This document shows positions 45,560-57,822 of a DNA stretch of 64,000 nt, piece after piece. The stretch's first letter is position 1, and the number at the start of each line of letters is the position of its first letter. This stretch comes from an uncultured Burkholderiales bacterium (GTDB lineage: Bacteria; Pseudomonadota; Gammaproteobacteria; Burkholderiales; Burkholderiaceae_C): NCBI GenBank assembly GCA_966211815.1, contig CBIHOD010000005.1, positions 55,803-119,802 on the forward strand, read 5' to 3'. Under the pieces are notes generated by a model, which made no database searches, had not been told where the DNA came from, and saw nothing but the letters and a program-made list of their open reading frames with translations. The translations under genes were made by a program, and so were the position numbers.

Positions 45560-46201
45560 ATGAACAACGCAGTACGAAAGAGCAGTCCCGGGTTGGCGCC
45601 GGTGCCGGCGGAGGCCGCGGCCGCAAACGCCAGCCCCGCCATCCCCGCGAAGACGGCGGCCGGGCCGCTGCGCCGCTTCCTCGACGCCCTCTACCTGGCC
45701 GGCGGCGGCATCGGCGCTTTCTTCGTCGCGCTGATCGCGGTTTTCATGATCGCCCAGAGCGTGCTGCGGGAGTTCGGCGTCTCCACCGGTGCGATCAACG
45801 ACTATGTCGCCTGGTTCTGCGCCGCGGCGGGCTTCTTCACGATGGCGCACGCGCTCAAGCACGGCGACTTCGTGCGGGTGACGCTGCTGCTGGAGAAAGT
45901 CGGGCCCAGGACCCGCCACCTGCTCGAACTCCTGTCGCTCGGCGTCGCCTCGGCGTCGGTGGTCTACCTCGCCTACTGGGCCTGCAAGTTCACCTACGAA
46001 AGCTGGCTTTTCAAGGAGATGTCGCAGGGCCTGGTGGCGGTTCCGATCTGGATACCGCAGACCAGCTTCGCCGCGGGCTCCCTGCTGCTGGCGGTCGCGG
46101 TGGTCGACGAATTCATCATCGTCCTGCGCGGCGGCGTGCCCACCTATGTGCGCGCGGTGGCCGAGCGCCACGCCCAGGGCGATTTCTCTTCCGAAGTCTG
46201 A
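45560..46201 (+). CDS. dctQ: TRAP transporter small permease (DctQ family)
   Basis: Four TM helices and correct position between dctP and dctM. The N-terminal ~35 aa may not be translated. Confidence 0.72.
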   Translation: MNNAVRKSSPGLAPVPAEAAAANASPAIPAKTAAGPLRRFLDALYLAGGGIGAFFVALIAVFMIAQSVLREFGVSTGAINDYVAWFCAAAGFFTMAHALKHGDFVRVTLLLEKVGPRTRHLLELLSLGVASASVVYLAYWACKFTYESWLFKEMSQGLVAVPIWIPQTSFAAGSLLLAVAVVDEFIIVLRGGVPTYVRAVAERHAQGDFSSEV

Positions 46202-46225
46202 TCGTTGCCACCGGGAGTAATGACC

Positions 46226-47536
46226 ATGGATATCTTGACGATGGGTGGCATCCTGCTGCTGTTGATGGTGCTGCTGCTGTCCGGCGGCGTATGGATCGCG
46301 ATGACGCTGGCGATCTGCGGCTGGGTGGGGCAGGCGTTCTTCGTCTCCACCCGCCCCGGCCCCAACCTGTTCTCGGCCTTCTGGGAAAGCAATGCCAGCT
46401 GGGAACTGGCCGCCTTGCCGCTGTTCATCTGGATGGGCGAGATCCTCTTCCGCAGCAAGCTCAGCGAGGAGATGTTCGAGGGCCTGAGCCCCTGGCTGGG
46501 CCGCGTGCCGGGCCGGCTGATGCACACCACCATCCTGGGCTGCGGCATCTTCGGTTCCGTCTCGGGCTCATCGGCCGCCACTTGCGCGACCATCTCCAAG
46601 GTGGCGCTGCCGGAACTGATGCGGCGCGGCTACAACGAGAAGATCGCCCTGGGTTCCCTGGCCACCGCCGGCACGCTGGGCATCCTTATCCCGCCGTCGA
46701 TCACCATGGTGGTCTACGCGGTGGCCGCGGACGCCTCGATCATCCGCATCTTCCTGGCGGGCTTCCTGCCCGGCTTCCTGCTGATGGCGCTGTTCTCGGG
46801 TTACATCGCATGGTGGTCCATCCGCAACAAGGATCAGATGCCGCCGGCCGAGCCGAGGATGAGCTTCAAGGAAAAGCTCTACCACTCGCGCAAGCTCATC
46901 CCCTGCGCCGGCCTGATCGTCTTCGTCGCCTGGGTGCTGGTCGCCGGCTACGCCACCGCCACCGAATGCGCGGCCTACGGCGTGCTCGGTTCCCTGGTGC
47001 TGGCGCTTTGGAGCCGCTCCCTGAGCTGGCAGGCTTTCAAGGACGGCCTGATGGGCGCCTCGCGCACCAGCTGCATGATCATGTTCATCCTCGCGGGCGC
47101 CGCCTTCCTGACCAAGACGATGGCCTTCACCGGCATCCCCCGCGAGTTGGCCGCCACGGTCGAAGCGATGCACCTTTCGCCCTATGCGCTGATCGCGGTG
47201 CTGGTGGTGGTGTACCTGGTGCTGGGCACCGCCCTGGACGGCATCAGCATGATCGTGCTGACCAGCGCCGTGGTGCTCCCGATGATCCAGACCGCCGGCT
47301 TCGACCTGGTGTGGTTCGGCATCTTCGTGGTGCTGCTGGTGGAGATCGCCGAGGTGACGCCGCCGGTGGGCTTCAACCTCTTCGTGCTGCAGAGCATGAC
47401 CGGCAAGGACAGCAACGTGATCGCCAAGGCGGCCATCCCGTTCTTCATGTGCCTGGTGGCCTGCATCGCCCTGGTGACCATCTTCCCCGAGATCGTGACC
47501 TTCCTGCCCGACTACGTGATGGGCAAGGAGAAGTAG
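46226..47536 (+). CDS. dctM: TRAP transporter large permease (DctM family)
   Basis: About 12-TM protein with DctM-like motifs (…GILIPPSITMVVYA…, …EVTPPVGFNLFV…). The track start at 46205 is TTG, so the ATG at 46226 is preferred. Confidence 0.9.
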   Translation: MDILTMGGILLLLMVLLLSGGVWIAMTLAICGWVGQAFFVSTRPGPNLFSAFWESNASWELAALPLFIWMGEILFRSKLSEEMFEGLSPWLGRVPGRLMHTTILGCGIFGSVSGSSAATCATISKVALPELMRRGYNEKIALGSLATAGTLGILIPPSITMVVYAVAADASIIRIFLAGFLPGFLLMALFSGYIAWWSIRNKDQMPPAEPRMSFKEKLYHSRKLIPCAGLIVFVAWVLVAGYATATECAAYGVLGSLVLALWSRSLSWQAFKDGLMGASRTSCMIMFILAGAAFLTKTMAFTGIPRELAATVEAMHLSPYALIAVLVVVYLVLGTALDGISMIVLTSAVVLPMIQTAGFDLVWFGIFVVLLVEIAEVTPPVGFNLFVLQSMTGKDSNVIAKAAIPFFMCLVACIALVTIFPEIVTFLPDYVMGKEK

Positions 47537-47656
47537 CGACGATCGGCGGTCCGGCGCCCTGGAGGAAGTGGCGCCCGGCGACCGCGGCTCAGCGCGACCG
47601 AGAGGCTGAGGCTCCCTGATTCCCGTTCCCTGTTGTTGACGAACCTGGAGTGCGCC

Positions 47657-48634
47657 ATGACTGACCGCAGAGATTTTTGCGCCCTGATCGCAGGCCTGGG
47701 GCTCCTGCAAGGCACCGGCCGGGCTCAGGCCCAGGCGACTTGGAAACTCGCCACCGGCTACAGGGCCGAGTCGTTCCACGGCCAGAACCTGCAGCAATTC
47801 ATCAAGGACGTGGCTGCCGCGGGCCTGAAGATCGATCTGCAGCCGAACAACAGCCTCTTCAAGCTGGCGGAGATCGCCGGCGCGGTGCGCGACGGCAAGG
47901 TGGAGAGCGGCGAGACCATCATGACCAGCCTGGTCAAGGACATGCCGCTGGCCGGCGCCGACTCGGTGCCCTTCATCGTCCGCACCTACGAAGACAGCCG
48001 CCGCCTGTGGAAGCACCAGCGGCCGCTGATCGAGAAGAAGTTCGCCGCCGAGGGCCTCAAGCCGCTGTTCGCCGTGCCCTGGCCGCCGCAGGGCCTCTAC
48101 ACCAACAAGCCGATCAACCGCGCCGCGGACCTCAAGGGCACCAAGATGCGCACCTACAACAGCACCACCCAGCGCATCGCCCAGCTGCTGGGCGCCACCC
48201 CGGTCGACGTGCCGATGGTGAACGTGGGGCAGGCCCTGGCCGACGGCCGCATCGACTGCATGATCACCTCGGCGGTGACGGGCGTGGAGAACCAGGTCTG
48301 GGACCACGTGAAGAACTACTACGAGATCAACGCCTGGTTCCCCAAGAACATCACCTTCGCCAACGCCAAGGCCTACGCCGCGCTGCCGGAGCAGACCCAG
48401 AAGGCCGTGGCGGCCGCCGCCGCGACCGCGGAGTCGCGCGGCTGGGCGGCCAGCGAAAAGGCCGCGGCCGAATCGGTGGAAGAGCTGCGCAGGCACGGCA
48501 TGAAGATCGAACGCATCTCTTCCGAATTCCTGGCCGACATCAAGCGCATGGGCGAGCGCTTCTCGGTGGAGTGGGTGAGGGAAGTGGGCATCGAGGCCAA
48601 TGACATCTTCATCCCTTATTACACGCAGCAATGA
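47657..48634 (+). CDS. Second DctP-family TRAP substrate-binding protein (Tat-type leader)
   Basis: RRDFCALIAGLGLL leader. Clear paralogue of 44441-45415 (…LKIDLQPNNSLFKLAEIAGAVRDGKVESGE… KMRTYNSTTQRIAQ…). Confidence 0.85.
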   Translation: MTDRRDFCALIAGLGLLQGTGRAQAQATWKLATGYRAESFHGQNLQQFIKDVAAAGLKIDLQPNNSLFKLAEIAGAVRDGKVESGETIMTSLVKDMPLAGADSVPFIVRTYEDSRRLWKHQRPLIEKKFAAEGLKPLFAVPWPPQGLYTNKPINRAADLKGTKMRTYNSTTQRIAQLLGATPVDVPMVNVGQALADGRIDCMITSAVTGVENQVWDHVKNYYEINAWFPKNITFANAKAYAALPEQTQKAVAAAAATAESRGWAASEKAAAESVEELRRHGMKIERISSEFLADIKRMGERFSVEWVREVGIEANDIFIPYYTQQ

Positions 48635-48761
48635 CCGCGGCATGGCGGCCACGGGCCTGAAATGCCCAGGGGGCGCCCCACGCCGATCGGCCGACGGCGC
48701 GGGGCCCGTGATCCAGAACAAACGGCTGGCAAACCTTACCGAAAATCCATTGGAGTCCAAG

Positions 48762-50030
48762 ATGAAAGCAAGATGGTTCCCGAAATTCGCGCTCGGCGCG
48801 GTCGCCCTGGCCTTCGCGGCCACGGCCGGCGCCCAGGCGCAGGAGATCAAGATCGGGGTGGTCTACCCCCTGACCGGCGCCGCGGCGTCCAGCGGCGCGG
48901 AGATGCGCAACTCGCTGGAACTGGCGGCCGACATCATCAACAACGGCGCCAAGGGCATCCCCGACCTGCCGTTCTCCGCAGGCGGCGGCATCCCCGGCCT
49001 CAAGGGCGCCAAGATCAAGCTCGTGTTCGCCGACCACCAGGGCAACCCGCAGACCGGGGCGACCGAGACCGAGCGCCTGATCAGCCAGGAGAAAGTGGTC
49101 GCCGTCGTCGGCGCCTACAACAGCAACGTCACCGCCACCGCCAGCCAGGTGGCCGAGCGCAGCAAGATCCCCTTCGTCAACCCCGAGTCCTCCTCGCCCA
49201 GCCTGACCGCGCGCAACTTCAAGTGGTTCTTCCGCGTCACGCCGCATGAAGACCTCTTCGTGCACAACTTCTTCGACTTCCTCAAGGAGCTGAAGCAGAA
49301 GAAAGGCATCTCGGTCGAGCGCATCGGCCTGATGAACGAGAACACCCTGTTCGGCAACGACACCACCAAGATCGAGACCAAGCTGGCCAATGAGCAGGGC
49401 TACAAGCTGGTGAGCTCGGTGACTTACCCGGCCAAGAGCACGCAGCTGACCTCCGAAGTGCAGACGCTCAAGGCGGCCGCGCCTCAAGTGGTGATGCAGG
49501 CCTCCTACCTGGGCGACGCGCTGCTGGCGATGAAGTCGTACAAGGAACTGGGCTTCACGCCGGACATGATCATGGCCAACGGCGCCGGCTTCTCCGACAC
49601 CGAGTTCATCAAGACCCTCGGCAAGGACGCCGAGTACGTCATCAGCCGCGACATCTGGGCCCTCGACCTGGCGGCGCAGAACCCGCTGATCAAGCAGGTG
49701 AACGACCTGTTCCGCGCCCGCTACAAGATCGACTTCACCGGCAATTCCTCGCGCACCTTCACCGGGCTGATGGTGCTGGCCGACGCGCTGAACCGCGCCG
49801 GCTCCACCGAGCCCGAGGCGCTGCGCAAGGCGCTGGCCGAGACTGACATCCCCGGCAGCAAGCTGATCATGCCCTGGAAGGGCGTGAAGTTCGACGCCAC
49901 CGGCCAGAACGTCAACGGCTCCGGCATCCTGGTGCAGATCCGCGACGGCAAGTACACGACGGTCTGGCCCTTCGACGTCGCCACCAAGGAACTGGTCTGG
50001 CCGATGCCGAAGTGGGACCAGCGCAAATGA
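48762..50030 (+). CDS. ABC substrate-binding protein, branched-chain amino-acid (Peripla_BP_6 / LivK-like) family
   Basis: Signal peptide followed by IKIGVVYPLTGAAASSGAEMRN… and VVAVVGAYNSNVT…. Confidence 0.87.
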   Translation: MKARWFPKFALGAVALAFAATAGAQAQEIKIGVVYPLTGAAASSGAEMRNSLELAADIINNGAKGIPDLPFSAGGGIPGLKGAKIKLVFADHQGNPQTGATETERLISQEKVVAVVGAYNSNVTATASQVAERSKIPFVNPESSSPSLTARNFKWFFRVTPHEDLFVHNFFDFLKELKQKKGISVERIGLMNENTLFGNDTTKIETKLANEQGYKLVSSVTYPAKSTQLTSEVQTLKAAAPQVVMQASYLGDALLAMKSYKELGFTPDMIMANGAGFSDTEFIKTLGKDAEYVISRDIWALDLAAQNPLIKQVNDLFRARYKIDFTGNSSRTFTGLMVLADALNRAGSTEPEALRKALAETDIPGSKLIMPWKGVKFDATGQNVNGSGILVQIRDGKYTTVWPFDVATKELVWPMPKWDQRK

Positions 50031-50182
50031 CGGGACACCGCCCCCGGCGGACCTGAAGCGATGACCGCCGGCACCGGGGCCCCGTGCGCCGGGCCGGCGG
50101 CCCACACCCACCAACCCGACAAAAGAACAAATGACTTTCCCCGCTGTACCCCGCGCCGGCGCGGGGGGAAGAAGGAACCCAC

Positions 50183-51049
50183 ATGACCTTTGAAATACTG
50201 CTCCAGACGCTCGCATCCGGCGTGCTGATCGGCCTGATCTACGCGCTGGTCGCGATCGGGCTGACGATGATCTTCGGTGTCATGGACATCGTGAACTTCG
50301 CCCACGGCGAGTTCCTCATGCTGGGCATGTACTCCAGCTTCTGGCTCTTCTCCCTCTACGCGCTCGACCCGATGCTGACGCTGCCGCTGACGGTCGTGAT
50401 GCTGTTCGGCTTCGGCGTGCTGCTCTACAAGACCGTGATCAAGCGCATCATCGACGCGCCGATGGTCAGCCAGATCTTCACCACCTTCGGCCTGATGCTG
50501 CTGCTGCGCGGTGTGGCCCAGTTCCTGTGGAAGCCCGATTTCCGATCCATCGAGAACTCGTGGGTGAGCGGCGGCGTCAACCTCGCCGGCATCCAGCTCG
50601 GCCTGCCGCAGCTCGTGGCCGGCGTGGGCGCCATCCTGGTGACGGGCGCGGTCTACCTTTTCCTGCACCGCACCAAGGCGGGCGCCGCGCTGGAAGCCAC
50701 CGCGGCGGACAAGGAAGCCGCCCGGCTGATGGGCATCGACTCGCACAAGATGTTCGGCATGGCCTGGGGCATCGGCGCGGCCTGCGCCGGGGCGGCCGGC
50801 GTGCTCCTGGCGACCTTCTTCCCGATCTTCCCGGAAGTCGGCGCCACCTTCATCCTGCTGGCCTTCGTGGTCGTGAACCTCGGCGGATTCGGCAGCGTCA
50901 CCGGCGCCTTCTGGGGCGGGATCATCATCGGCGTGGTCGAGGTGATGGGCGGCCTGCTCGTCGGCCCGCAATACAAGCTGGCCATCGTGCTGGCGCTCTT
51001 CCTTGGCGTGCTGATGTTCCGCCCGCAAGGCCTGATGGGGAAAGCCTGA
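50183..51049 (+). CDS. livH: Branched-chain amino-acid-type ABC permease (LivH family)
   Basis: LIGLIYALVAIGLTMIFGVMDIVNFAHGEF motif and 8 TM helices. Confidence 0.9.
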   Translation: MTFEILLQTLASGVLIGLIYALVAIGLTMIFGVMDIVNFAHGEFLMLGMYSSFWLFSLYALDPMLTLPLTVVMLFGFGVLLYKTVIKRIIDAPMVSQIFTTFGLMLLLRGVAQFLWKPDFRSIENSWVSGGVNLAGIQLGLPQLVAGVGAILVTGAVYLFLHRTKAGAALEATAADKEAARLMGIDSHKMFGMAWGIGAACAGAAGVLLATFFPIFPEVGATFILLAFVVVNLGGFGSVTGAFWGGIIIGVVEVMGGLLVGPQYKLAIVLALFLGVLMFRPQGLMGKA

Positions 51050-51051
51050 CC

Positions 51052-52100
51052 ATGAAAACCCAACTCATCCCCGCGCGCCTGCGCGGCAACGCCACCGTCT
51101 CCATGCTGGCCATGGCGGCTTCGGCCCTGGTCGCCGTCGCCGTCCCCTTCGTGGTCGACAGCCCGAGCCACCTGAACCTCGCCATCCTCGTGCTGATGGC
51201 CGCCCAGGTGGGCGTAGCCTGGAACATCCTGGGCGGATACGCCGGCCAGGTGTCGCTCGGCCACGTCGCCTTCTACGGCCTGGGCGCCTACACCTCGACG
51301 CTGCTGCTGATGAACTTCGGCTGGAACCCCTGGCTGGCGATGCTGGCCGGCGGCGTGACCGCCGCGGTGCTGAGCCTGGCCTTCGGCTGGTCCTGCTTCC
51401 GCCTGAAAGGCCATTATTTCGCGATGGCCACCATCGCCGTGGCCGAGATCCTGCAGATCGTGTTCACCAACTGGGAATACGCCGGCGCGGCCGTCGGCCT
51501 GACCCTGCCGATGGACAAGACGGGTTGGGCGCACATGGTGTTCTCCGACAAGGAGCCCTACTACTGGCTGGCCCTGGGCCTGCTGGTGGTGACCCTGCTG
51601 GCCACCCTGGCGATCGAGCGCAGCTTCCTGGGCTACTACCTGCGGGCCATCAAGGACGAGCCCGACGCCGCGCGCAGCATCGGCGTGAACATCAGCCTGT
51701 ACAAGCAGGTCGCGCTGTCGATCAGCGCCTTCTTCACCGCGATGGGCGGCAGCCTCTACGCGCAGAAGGAGCTCTACATCGACCCGGGTTCCGTGCTTTC
51801 GACGGCGATGTCGATCAAGATGGCCCTGGTCTCCATCCTGGGGGGCGTGGGCACGCTGTTCGGCCCGGTGGTGGGTTCGGTGGTGCTGACCACGATCGAA
51901 GAGATCACCCGGTCCACCTTCGGCGGCTCCGGCCGCGGCACCGACTTGATCATCTACGCCGGCCTGATCGTCGTGATCGCCGTCTTCTACCCCAGCGGCG
52001 TGCTGGGCTGGTGGCGTGCCCGAGCCGAGCGGGCACGCGCCCGCCAGGCGCACGCCGCCGGCAACCACCCCCAAGCCGTCCCGCAGAAAGGAGGCGCGCT

Positions 52101-52104
<4 letters not shown>
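51052..52104 (+). CDS. livM: Branched-chain amino-acid-type ABC permease (LivM family)
   Basis: GGYAGQVSLGHVAFYGLGAYT motif, immediately after livH. Confidence 0.9.
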
Positions 52105-52814
<710 letters not shown>

Positions 52815-52815
52815 C

Positions 52816-53574
52816 ATGAGGCAGCACACATCATCCAACCACGGCGCCGCCGCCAAAGTGCGGGGCGGCCGGCTCGAAGCCTCCAACCTGCGCGTGAGCT
52901 ACAGCGGGATCCTGGCCCTGTCCGACGTCACCGTGAAAGTCGAGCCGGGCCGCATCGTCGCGCTGGTGGGCGGCAACGGCAACGGCAAGTCGACCACGCT
53001 GCGCGCCATCGCCGGGCTCAACGGCGTGGACGCCGGCGCCGTCACCTTCGACGGCCAGCCGGTCCACAGGCTGCCCGCGCACCAGCGCGTGCCGCTGGGC
53101 CTGTCGCTGGTGCCCGAGGGCCGCCGCCTCTTCCCGCGGTTGACGGTGCGCCGCAACCTCGAACTCGGCGCCTACACCCGAGACGACAAGGACGGGATCG
53201 CGTCGGACATCGACAACATGTTCGCCCAGTTCCCCATCCTGCGCGAGCGCGCCGACCAGCTCGCCGGCACGATGAGCGGCGGCGAGCAGCAGATGCTGGC
53301 CATCGCCCGCGGCCTGATGGCCCGCCCGCGGCTGCTGATGCTGGACGAGCCCTCCTGGGGCATCGCGCCGAAATTCGTGACCAAGGTGCTGGACGTGATC
53401 CAGGAAGTCAACGCCACCGGCGTGTCCATCCTGCTCGTGGAGCAGAACCTCCACAAGGCGCTGGGCATCGCCCACCACGGCTACGTCATCCAGACCGGCC
53501 GCATCGTGATGGAAGGCGACGCGCAGGCCCTGATGCACGACGAACAGGTGAAGAAGGTTTATCTCGGCTTGTGA
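52816..53574 (+). CDS. livF: ABC ATP-binding protein (LivF family)
   Basis: GGNGNGKST Walker A, MSGGEQQMLAI signature and LLMLDEPS Walker B. Confidence 0.9.
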   Translation: MRQHTSSNHGAAAKVRGGRLEASNLRVSYSGILALSDVTVKVEPGRIVALVGGNGNGKSTTLRAIAGLNGVDAGAVTFDGQPVHRLPAHQRVPLGLSLVPEGRRLFPRLTVRRNLELGAYTRDDKDGIASDIDNMFAQFPILRERADQLAGTMSGGEQQMLAIARGLMARPRLLMLDEPSWGIAPKFVTKVLDVIQEVNATGVSILLVEQNLHKALGIAHHGYVIQTGRIVMEGDAQALMHDEQVKKVYLGL

Positions 53575-53638
53575 AGGGCCGCGGCCCGACAAGTGACGAC
53601 CGCCGCGAGGCGCAAACAAACACTGCGAAGGAAAGACG

Positions 53639-56600
53639 ATGAAAAACAGCCAAACCCAAGGAAAAGCCCTCTGGCAATTCTGGATCGACCGCGGTGGCAC
53701 GTTCACCGACCTGGTCGGCAAGAAGCCCGACGGCACGCTCGTCACGCACAAGCTGCTGTCCGAGAACCCCGAGCAATACCGCGACGCCGCGGTCGCCGGC
53801 ATCCGCCACCTGCTCGGCTTGAAGGCCGGCGAGCCGATCACCCCCGACCTCGTCGAGTGCGTGAAGATGGGCACCACGGTGGCCACCAACGCGCTGCTGG
53901 AGCGCAAGGGCGAGCCCACGCTGCTGGTGACCACCCGCGGTTTCCGCGACGCGCTGCGCATCGCCTACCAGGACAGGCCGCGGCTGTTCGACACCCACAT
54001 CGTGCTGCCCGAGCTGCTGTACGAGCGCGTCGTCGAGGCCCAGGAGCGTGTCGGCGCGGACGGCGAGGTGGTGCAGCCCCTGGCCGAGGCCCACCTGCGC
54101 ACCGAGCTGCAGGCCGCCTACGACGACGGCCTGCGCAGCGTCGCCATCGTCTTCATGCACGGCTACCGCTACACCGCCCACGAGCTGGCGGCGGCGCGCA
54201 TCGCCCGCGAAGTGGGCTTCCCGCAGATCAGCGTGTCGCACCAGGTCAGCCCGCTGATGAAGCTCGTCTCGCGCGGCGACACCACGGTGGTCGACGCCTA
54301 CCTGTCGCCCATCCTGCGCCGCTACGTCGAGCAGGTGGCCGGCGACATGCCGGGCGTGAAACTGTTCTTCATGCAGTCCTCCGGCGGACTGACCGACGCC
54401 CACGCCTTCCAGGGCAAGGACGCCATCCTCTCCGGCCCGGCCGGCGGCATCGTCGGCATGGTGCGCACCGCCCAGCTGGCCGACTTCGACAAGGTGATCG
54501 GCTTCGACATGGGCGGCACGTCCACCGACGTGTCGCACTACGCCGGCGAGTTCGAGCGCGCCTTCGAGACCCAGGTGGCGGGCGTGCGCATGCGCGCGCC
54601 GATGATGAGCATCCACACTGTGGCGGCCGGCGGCGGCTCGGTGCTGACCTTCGACGGCGCGCGCTTCCGCGCCGGCCCCGAAAGCGCCGGCGCCAACCCC
54701 GGCCCGGCCTCCTACCGCCGCGGCGGCCCGCTGGCCGTGACCGACGCGAACGTGATGCTCGGCAAGATCCAGCCCGCCTTCTTCCCCAAGGTGTTCGGCC
54801 CGAAGGCCGACGAATCGCTCGACCGCGACGTGGTGGTCAAGCGATTCTCCGACATGGCCGCCGAGATCGAGCGTTCCACGGGCACCAAGCGCACGCCCGA
54901 GGAGGTGGCCGAAGGCTTCATCGACATCGCCGTGGGCGCCATGGCCAACGCCATCAAGAAAATCTCGGTGGCGCGCGGCTACGACGTGACCCGTTACACC
55001 CTGCAATGCTTCGGCGGCGCGGGCGGCCAGCACGCCTGCCTGGTGGCCGACGCCCTGGGCATGACCAAGGTCTTCGCCCATCCGCTGGCCGGCGTGCTGT
55101 CGGCCTACGGCATGGGCCTGGCCGACCAGAACGTGATCCGCGAAGCCGCCGTGGAGCAGCCGCTGGCCTCCGCGATGGAAACGGTCGCGCAGAAGCTGGG
55201 TGCCCTGGCCGACGAGGCCGAGGGCGAGCTGCGCCGCCAGGGCGTCAGCGGCGGCGAAATCAAGGTGCACCGCCGCGTGCACGTGCGCTACCAGGGCACC
55301 GATTCCGCCCTGGTCGTGCCCTTCGGCGCGCCGGGCGAGATCCAGGCGGCGTTCGAGACCGCCTACCGCCAGCGCTTCGCCTTCCTGATGAACGAGCGGG
55401 CGCTCGTGGTCGAGGCGGTGTCCGTCGAAGCGGTGGGCGCGGGCGACGCGCCGGCCGAGCAGCGCCACGCCGTGTCCAGGAAGGAGCCGGCGCCGGTCGA
55501 GTCGCGCGTGAAGATGTTCAGCGGGGGCAAGTGGCACGACGCGGCCCTCGTGGTGCGCGCCAGCACCCGGCCCGGCCACGTGGTCGACGGCCCGGCCATC
55601 ATCTCCGAGAAGAACGCCACCACCGTCGTGGAGCCCGGCTGGCAGGCGGTCGTCACCGACCTGGACCACCTGGTCCTGGTGCGGGTGAAGGAGCGCGAGG
55701 CGCGCAAGGCCATCGGCACCTCGGTCGACCCGGTGATGCTGGAGGTGTTCAACAACCTCTTCATGAACATCGCCGAGCAGATGGGCCTGCAGCTGCAGAA
55801 CACGGCCTACTCGGTGAACATCAAGGAGCGGCTGGACTTCTCCTGCGCGCTGTTCGACGCCCAGGGCAACCTGATCGCCAACGCGCCGCACATGCCGGTC
55901 CACCTCGGTTCGATGAGCGAATCCATCAAGACGGTGATGGAAGGCAACGCCGGCAAGATGAAGCCGGGCGACGTGTTCGCGCTGAACGACCCCTACCACG
56001 GCGGCACCCACCTGCCCGACGTGACCGTGGTGACGCCGGTGTTCGACGACGCCGGCAAGAAGATCCTTTTCTACGTCGGCTCGCGCGGGCACCACGCCGA
56101 CATCGGCGGCACCACGCCGGGCTCCATGCCCCCGTTCTCGACCCGCATCGAAGAGGAGGGCGTGCAGATCAACAACGTCAAGCTCGTCGACCAGGGCCGG
56201 CTGCTGGAGGCCGAGATGGTGGCGCTGCTGTCCAGCGGCGAATACCCCTCGCGCAACCCGCAGCAGAACATCGCCGACATGCGGGCGCAGATCGCCGCCA
56301 ACGAGAAGGGCGTGCAGGAGCTGCGCAAGATGGTCGAGCAGTTCGGCCTTGACGTGGTCCAGGCCTACATGGGCCACGTGCAGGACAACGCGGAAGAGTC
56401 GGTGCGCCGCGTCATCACCAAGCTCAAGGACGGCCACTTCACGCTGCCGCTGGACAACGGCGCGCAGATCAGCGTGGCCATCAAGGTCGACACCGCGGCG
56501 CGCAGCGCCAAGATCGACTTCACCGGCACCTCGGCCCAGCTGGGCAACAACTTCAACGCGCCCAAGGCGGTCTGCATGGCCGCGGTGCTGTACGTCTTCC

Positions 56601-57250
56601 GCACGCTGGTGGGCGACGAGATCCCGCTGAACGCCGGCTGCCTGAAGCCGCTGGAGGTGGTCGTGCCGGCGGGGTCGATGCTCAACCCGCTGCCGCCGGC
56701 CTCGGTCGTCGCGGGCAACGTGGAGACGTCCACCTGCATCACCAACGCCCTGTACGGCGCGCTGGGCTCGATGGCCGCCGGCCAGTGCACGATGAACAAC
56801 TTCACCTTCGGCAACGACACCCACCAGTACTACGAAACCATCTCCGGCGGCTCCGGCGCCGGCCCGGGCTTCGACGGCACGAGCGTCGTGCAGACGCACA
56901 TGACCAATTCGCGGCTGACCGACCCCGAGGTGCTGGAGTTCCGCTTCCCGGTGCGGCTGGACAGCTACGAGATCCGCCAGGGCTCGGGCGGCGCGGGCAA
57001 ATACCGCGGCGGCGACGGCGGCATCCGCCGGGTCCGCTTCCTGGAAAAGATGACGGCGTCCATCCTTTCCAACGGCCGCAACAGCGGCGCCTTCGGCGCG
57101 GCCGGCGGTTCGCCGGGCCAGCCCGGCGTGAACCGGGTGGAGCGCGCCGACGGCCGGGTCGAGACGCTGGGCCACATCGGTTCCACCGAGATGCAGCCGG
57201 GCGACGTGTTCGTCATCGAAACCCCGGGCGGCGGAGGCTACGGCGCATGA
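53639..57250 (+). CDS. Fused hydantoinase A/B-type ATP-dependent lactam hydrolase (5-oxoprolinase-like, 1203 aa)
   Basis: N-terminal [15 protein letters not shown] and [10 protein letters not shown] (HyuA). C-terminal [11 protein letters not shown] and ETxGGGGYG (HyuB). Single polypeptide. Confidence 0.92.
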   Translation: MKNSQTQGKALWQFWIDRGGTFTDLVGKKPDGTLVTHKLLSENPEQYRDAAVAGIRHLLGLKAGEPITPDLVECVKMGTTVATNALLERKGEPTLLVTTRGFRDALRIAYQDRPRLFDTHIVLPELLYERVVEAQERVGADGEVVQPLAEAHLRTELQAAYDDGLRSVAIVFMHGYRYTAHELAAARIAREVGFPQISVSHQVSPLMKLVSRGDTTVVDAYLSPILRRYVEQVAGDMPGVKLFFMQSSGGLTDAHAFQGKDAILSGPAGGIVGMVRTAQLADFDKVIGFDMGGTSTDVSHYAGEFERAFETQVAGVRMRAPMMSIHTVAAGGGSVLTFDGARFRAGPESAGANPGPASYRRGGPLAVTDANVMLGKIQPAFFPKVFGPKADESLDRDVVVKRFSDMAAEIERSTGTKRTPEEVAEGFIDIAVGAMANAIKKISVARGYDVTRYTLQCFGGAGGQHACLVADALGMTKVFAHPLAGVLSAYGMGLADQNVIREAAVEQPLASAMETVAQKLGALADEAEGELRRQGVSGGEIKVHRRVHVRYQGTDSALVVPFGAPGEIQAAFETAYRQRFAFLMNERALVVEAVSVEAVGAGDAPAEQRHAVSRKEPAPVESRVKMFSGGKWHDAALVVRASTRPGHVVDGPAIISEKNATTVVEPGWQAVVTDLDHLVLVRVKEREARKAIGTSVDPVMLEVFNNLFMNIAEQMGLQLQNTAYSVNIKERLDFSCALFDAQGNLIANAPHMPVHLGSMSESIKTVMEGNAGKMKPGDVFALNDPYHGGTHLPDVTVVTPVFDDAGKKILFYVGSRGHHADIGGTTPGSMPPFSTRIEEEGVQINNVKLVDQGRLLEAEMVALLSSGEYPSRNPQQNIADMRAQIAANEKGVQELRKMVEQFGLDVVQAYMGHVQDNAEESVRRVITKLKDGHFTLPLDNGAQISVAIKVDTAARSAKIDFTGTSAQLGNNFNAPKAVCMAAVLYVFRTLVGDEIPLNAGCLKPLEVVVPAGSMLNPLPPASVVAGNVETSTCITNALYGALGSMAAGQCTMNNFTFGNDTHQYYETISGGSGAGPGFDGTSVVQTHMTNSRLTDPEVLEFRFPVRLDSYEIRQGSGGAGKYRGGDGGIRRVRFLEKMTASILSNGRNSGAFGAAGGSPGQPGVNRVERADGRVETLGHIGSTEMQPGDVFVIETPGGGGYGA

Positions 57251-57822
57251 GCGCCCGGCAGGCGGTGGCCGACTACATCCGGGCCAAGGACCTGAACCGC
57301 CCGCACTTGATGCGGTCGGCCTTCACCGAAGGCGCGCTGCTCGAGATGGTGGTGCGCACCGGCGCCATCTCCTTCCCGCCCGAGGTGGCGGGCCGGGACG
57401 GCATCGCCGACGTGCTGGTGCGCCGGTTCGGCCAGGCCTACGAGAACGTCTACACCTTCTGCCTCGCCGACGAGCCGCCCCCGCACGACGCCGCCGCTTT
57501 CAGCTGCGACTGGCTGGTGGGCATGTCGGGCAAGGCCGACGGCGAGGTGCGCGTCGGCTGCGGCCGCTACGACTGGGTGTTCGAGGGGGGCGAAGGCGGC
57601 ATGAAAGCCTCCCGGCTGACCATCACCATCGAAGAAATGGCGGTGCTGCCGTCCGAGGCGCTGAGCCCCGTCATGGACTGGCTGTCGGACCTGCCGCCGG
57701 TCTGGTGCGGGGCGTGCGAGGCCCTTGAACGCGCGCCCGGGCACGCGGCGCTGGCACCCGTCAAGGACTACTGCCGCCTGTGGGCTCCGGCGACAACACA
57801 ACAACCAAGGAGGTTCTCATGA
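57247..57822 (+). CDS. Hypothetical protein, translationally coupled to the oxoprolinase-like gene
   Basis: ATGA overlap at both ends (57247 and 57819). Size and pattern are compatible with an NTF2/SnoaL-like fold, but no motif is certain. Confidence 0.5.
   Translation: MSARQAVADYIRAKDLNRPHLMRSAFTEGALLEMVVRTGAISFPPEVAGRDGIADVLVRRFGQAYENVYTFCLADEPPPHDAAAFSCDWLVGMSGKADGEVRVGCGRYDWVFEGGEGGMKASRLTITIEEMAVLPSEALSPVMDWLSDLPPVWCGACEALERAPGHAALAPVKDYCRLWAPATTQQPRRFS

Noticed and set aside
53486-57175. 1229-aa ORF on the minus strand
   Set aside because: It is exactly antisense to the oxoprolinase-type gene. The product is an Arg/Ala/Gly/His-rich string without any motif. This is a typical high-GC shadow ORF. 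The plus-strand gene has clear HyuA/HyuB motifs.
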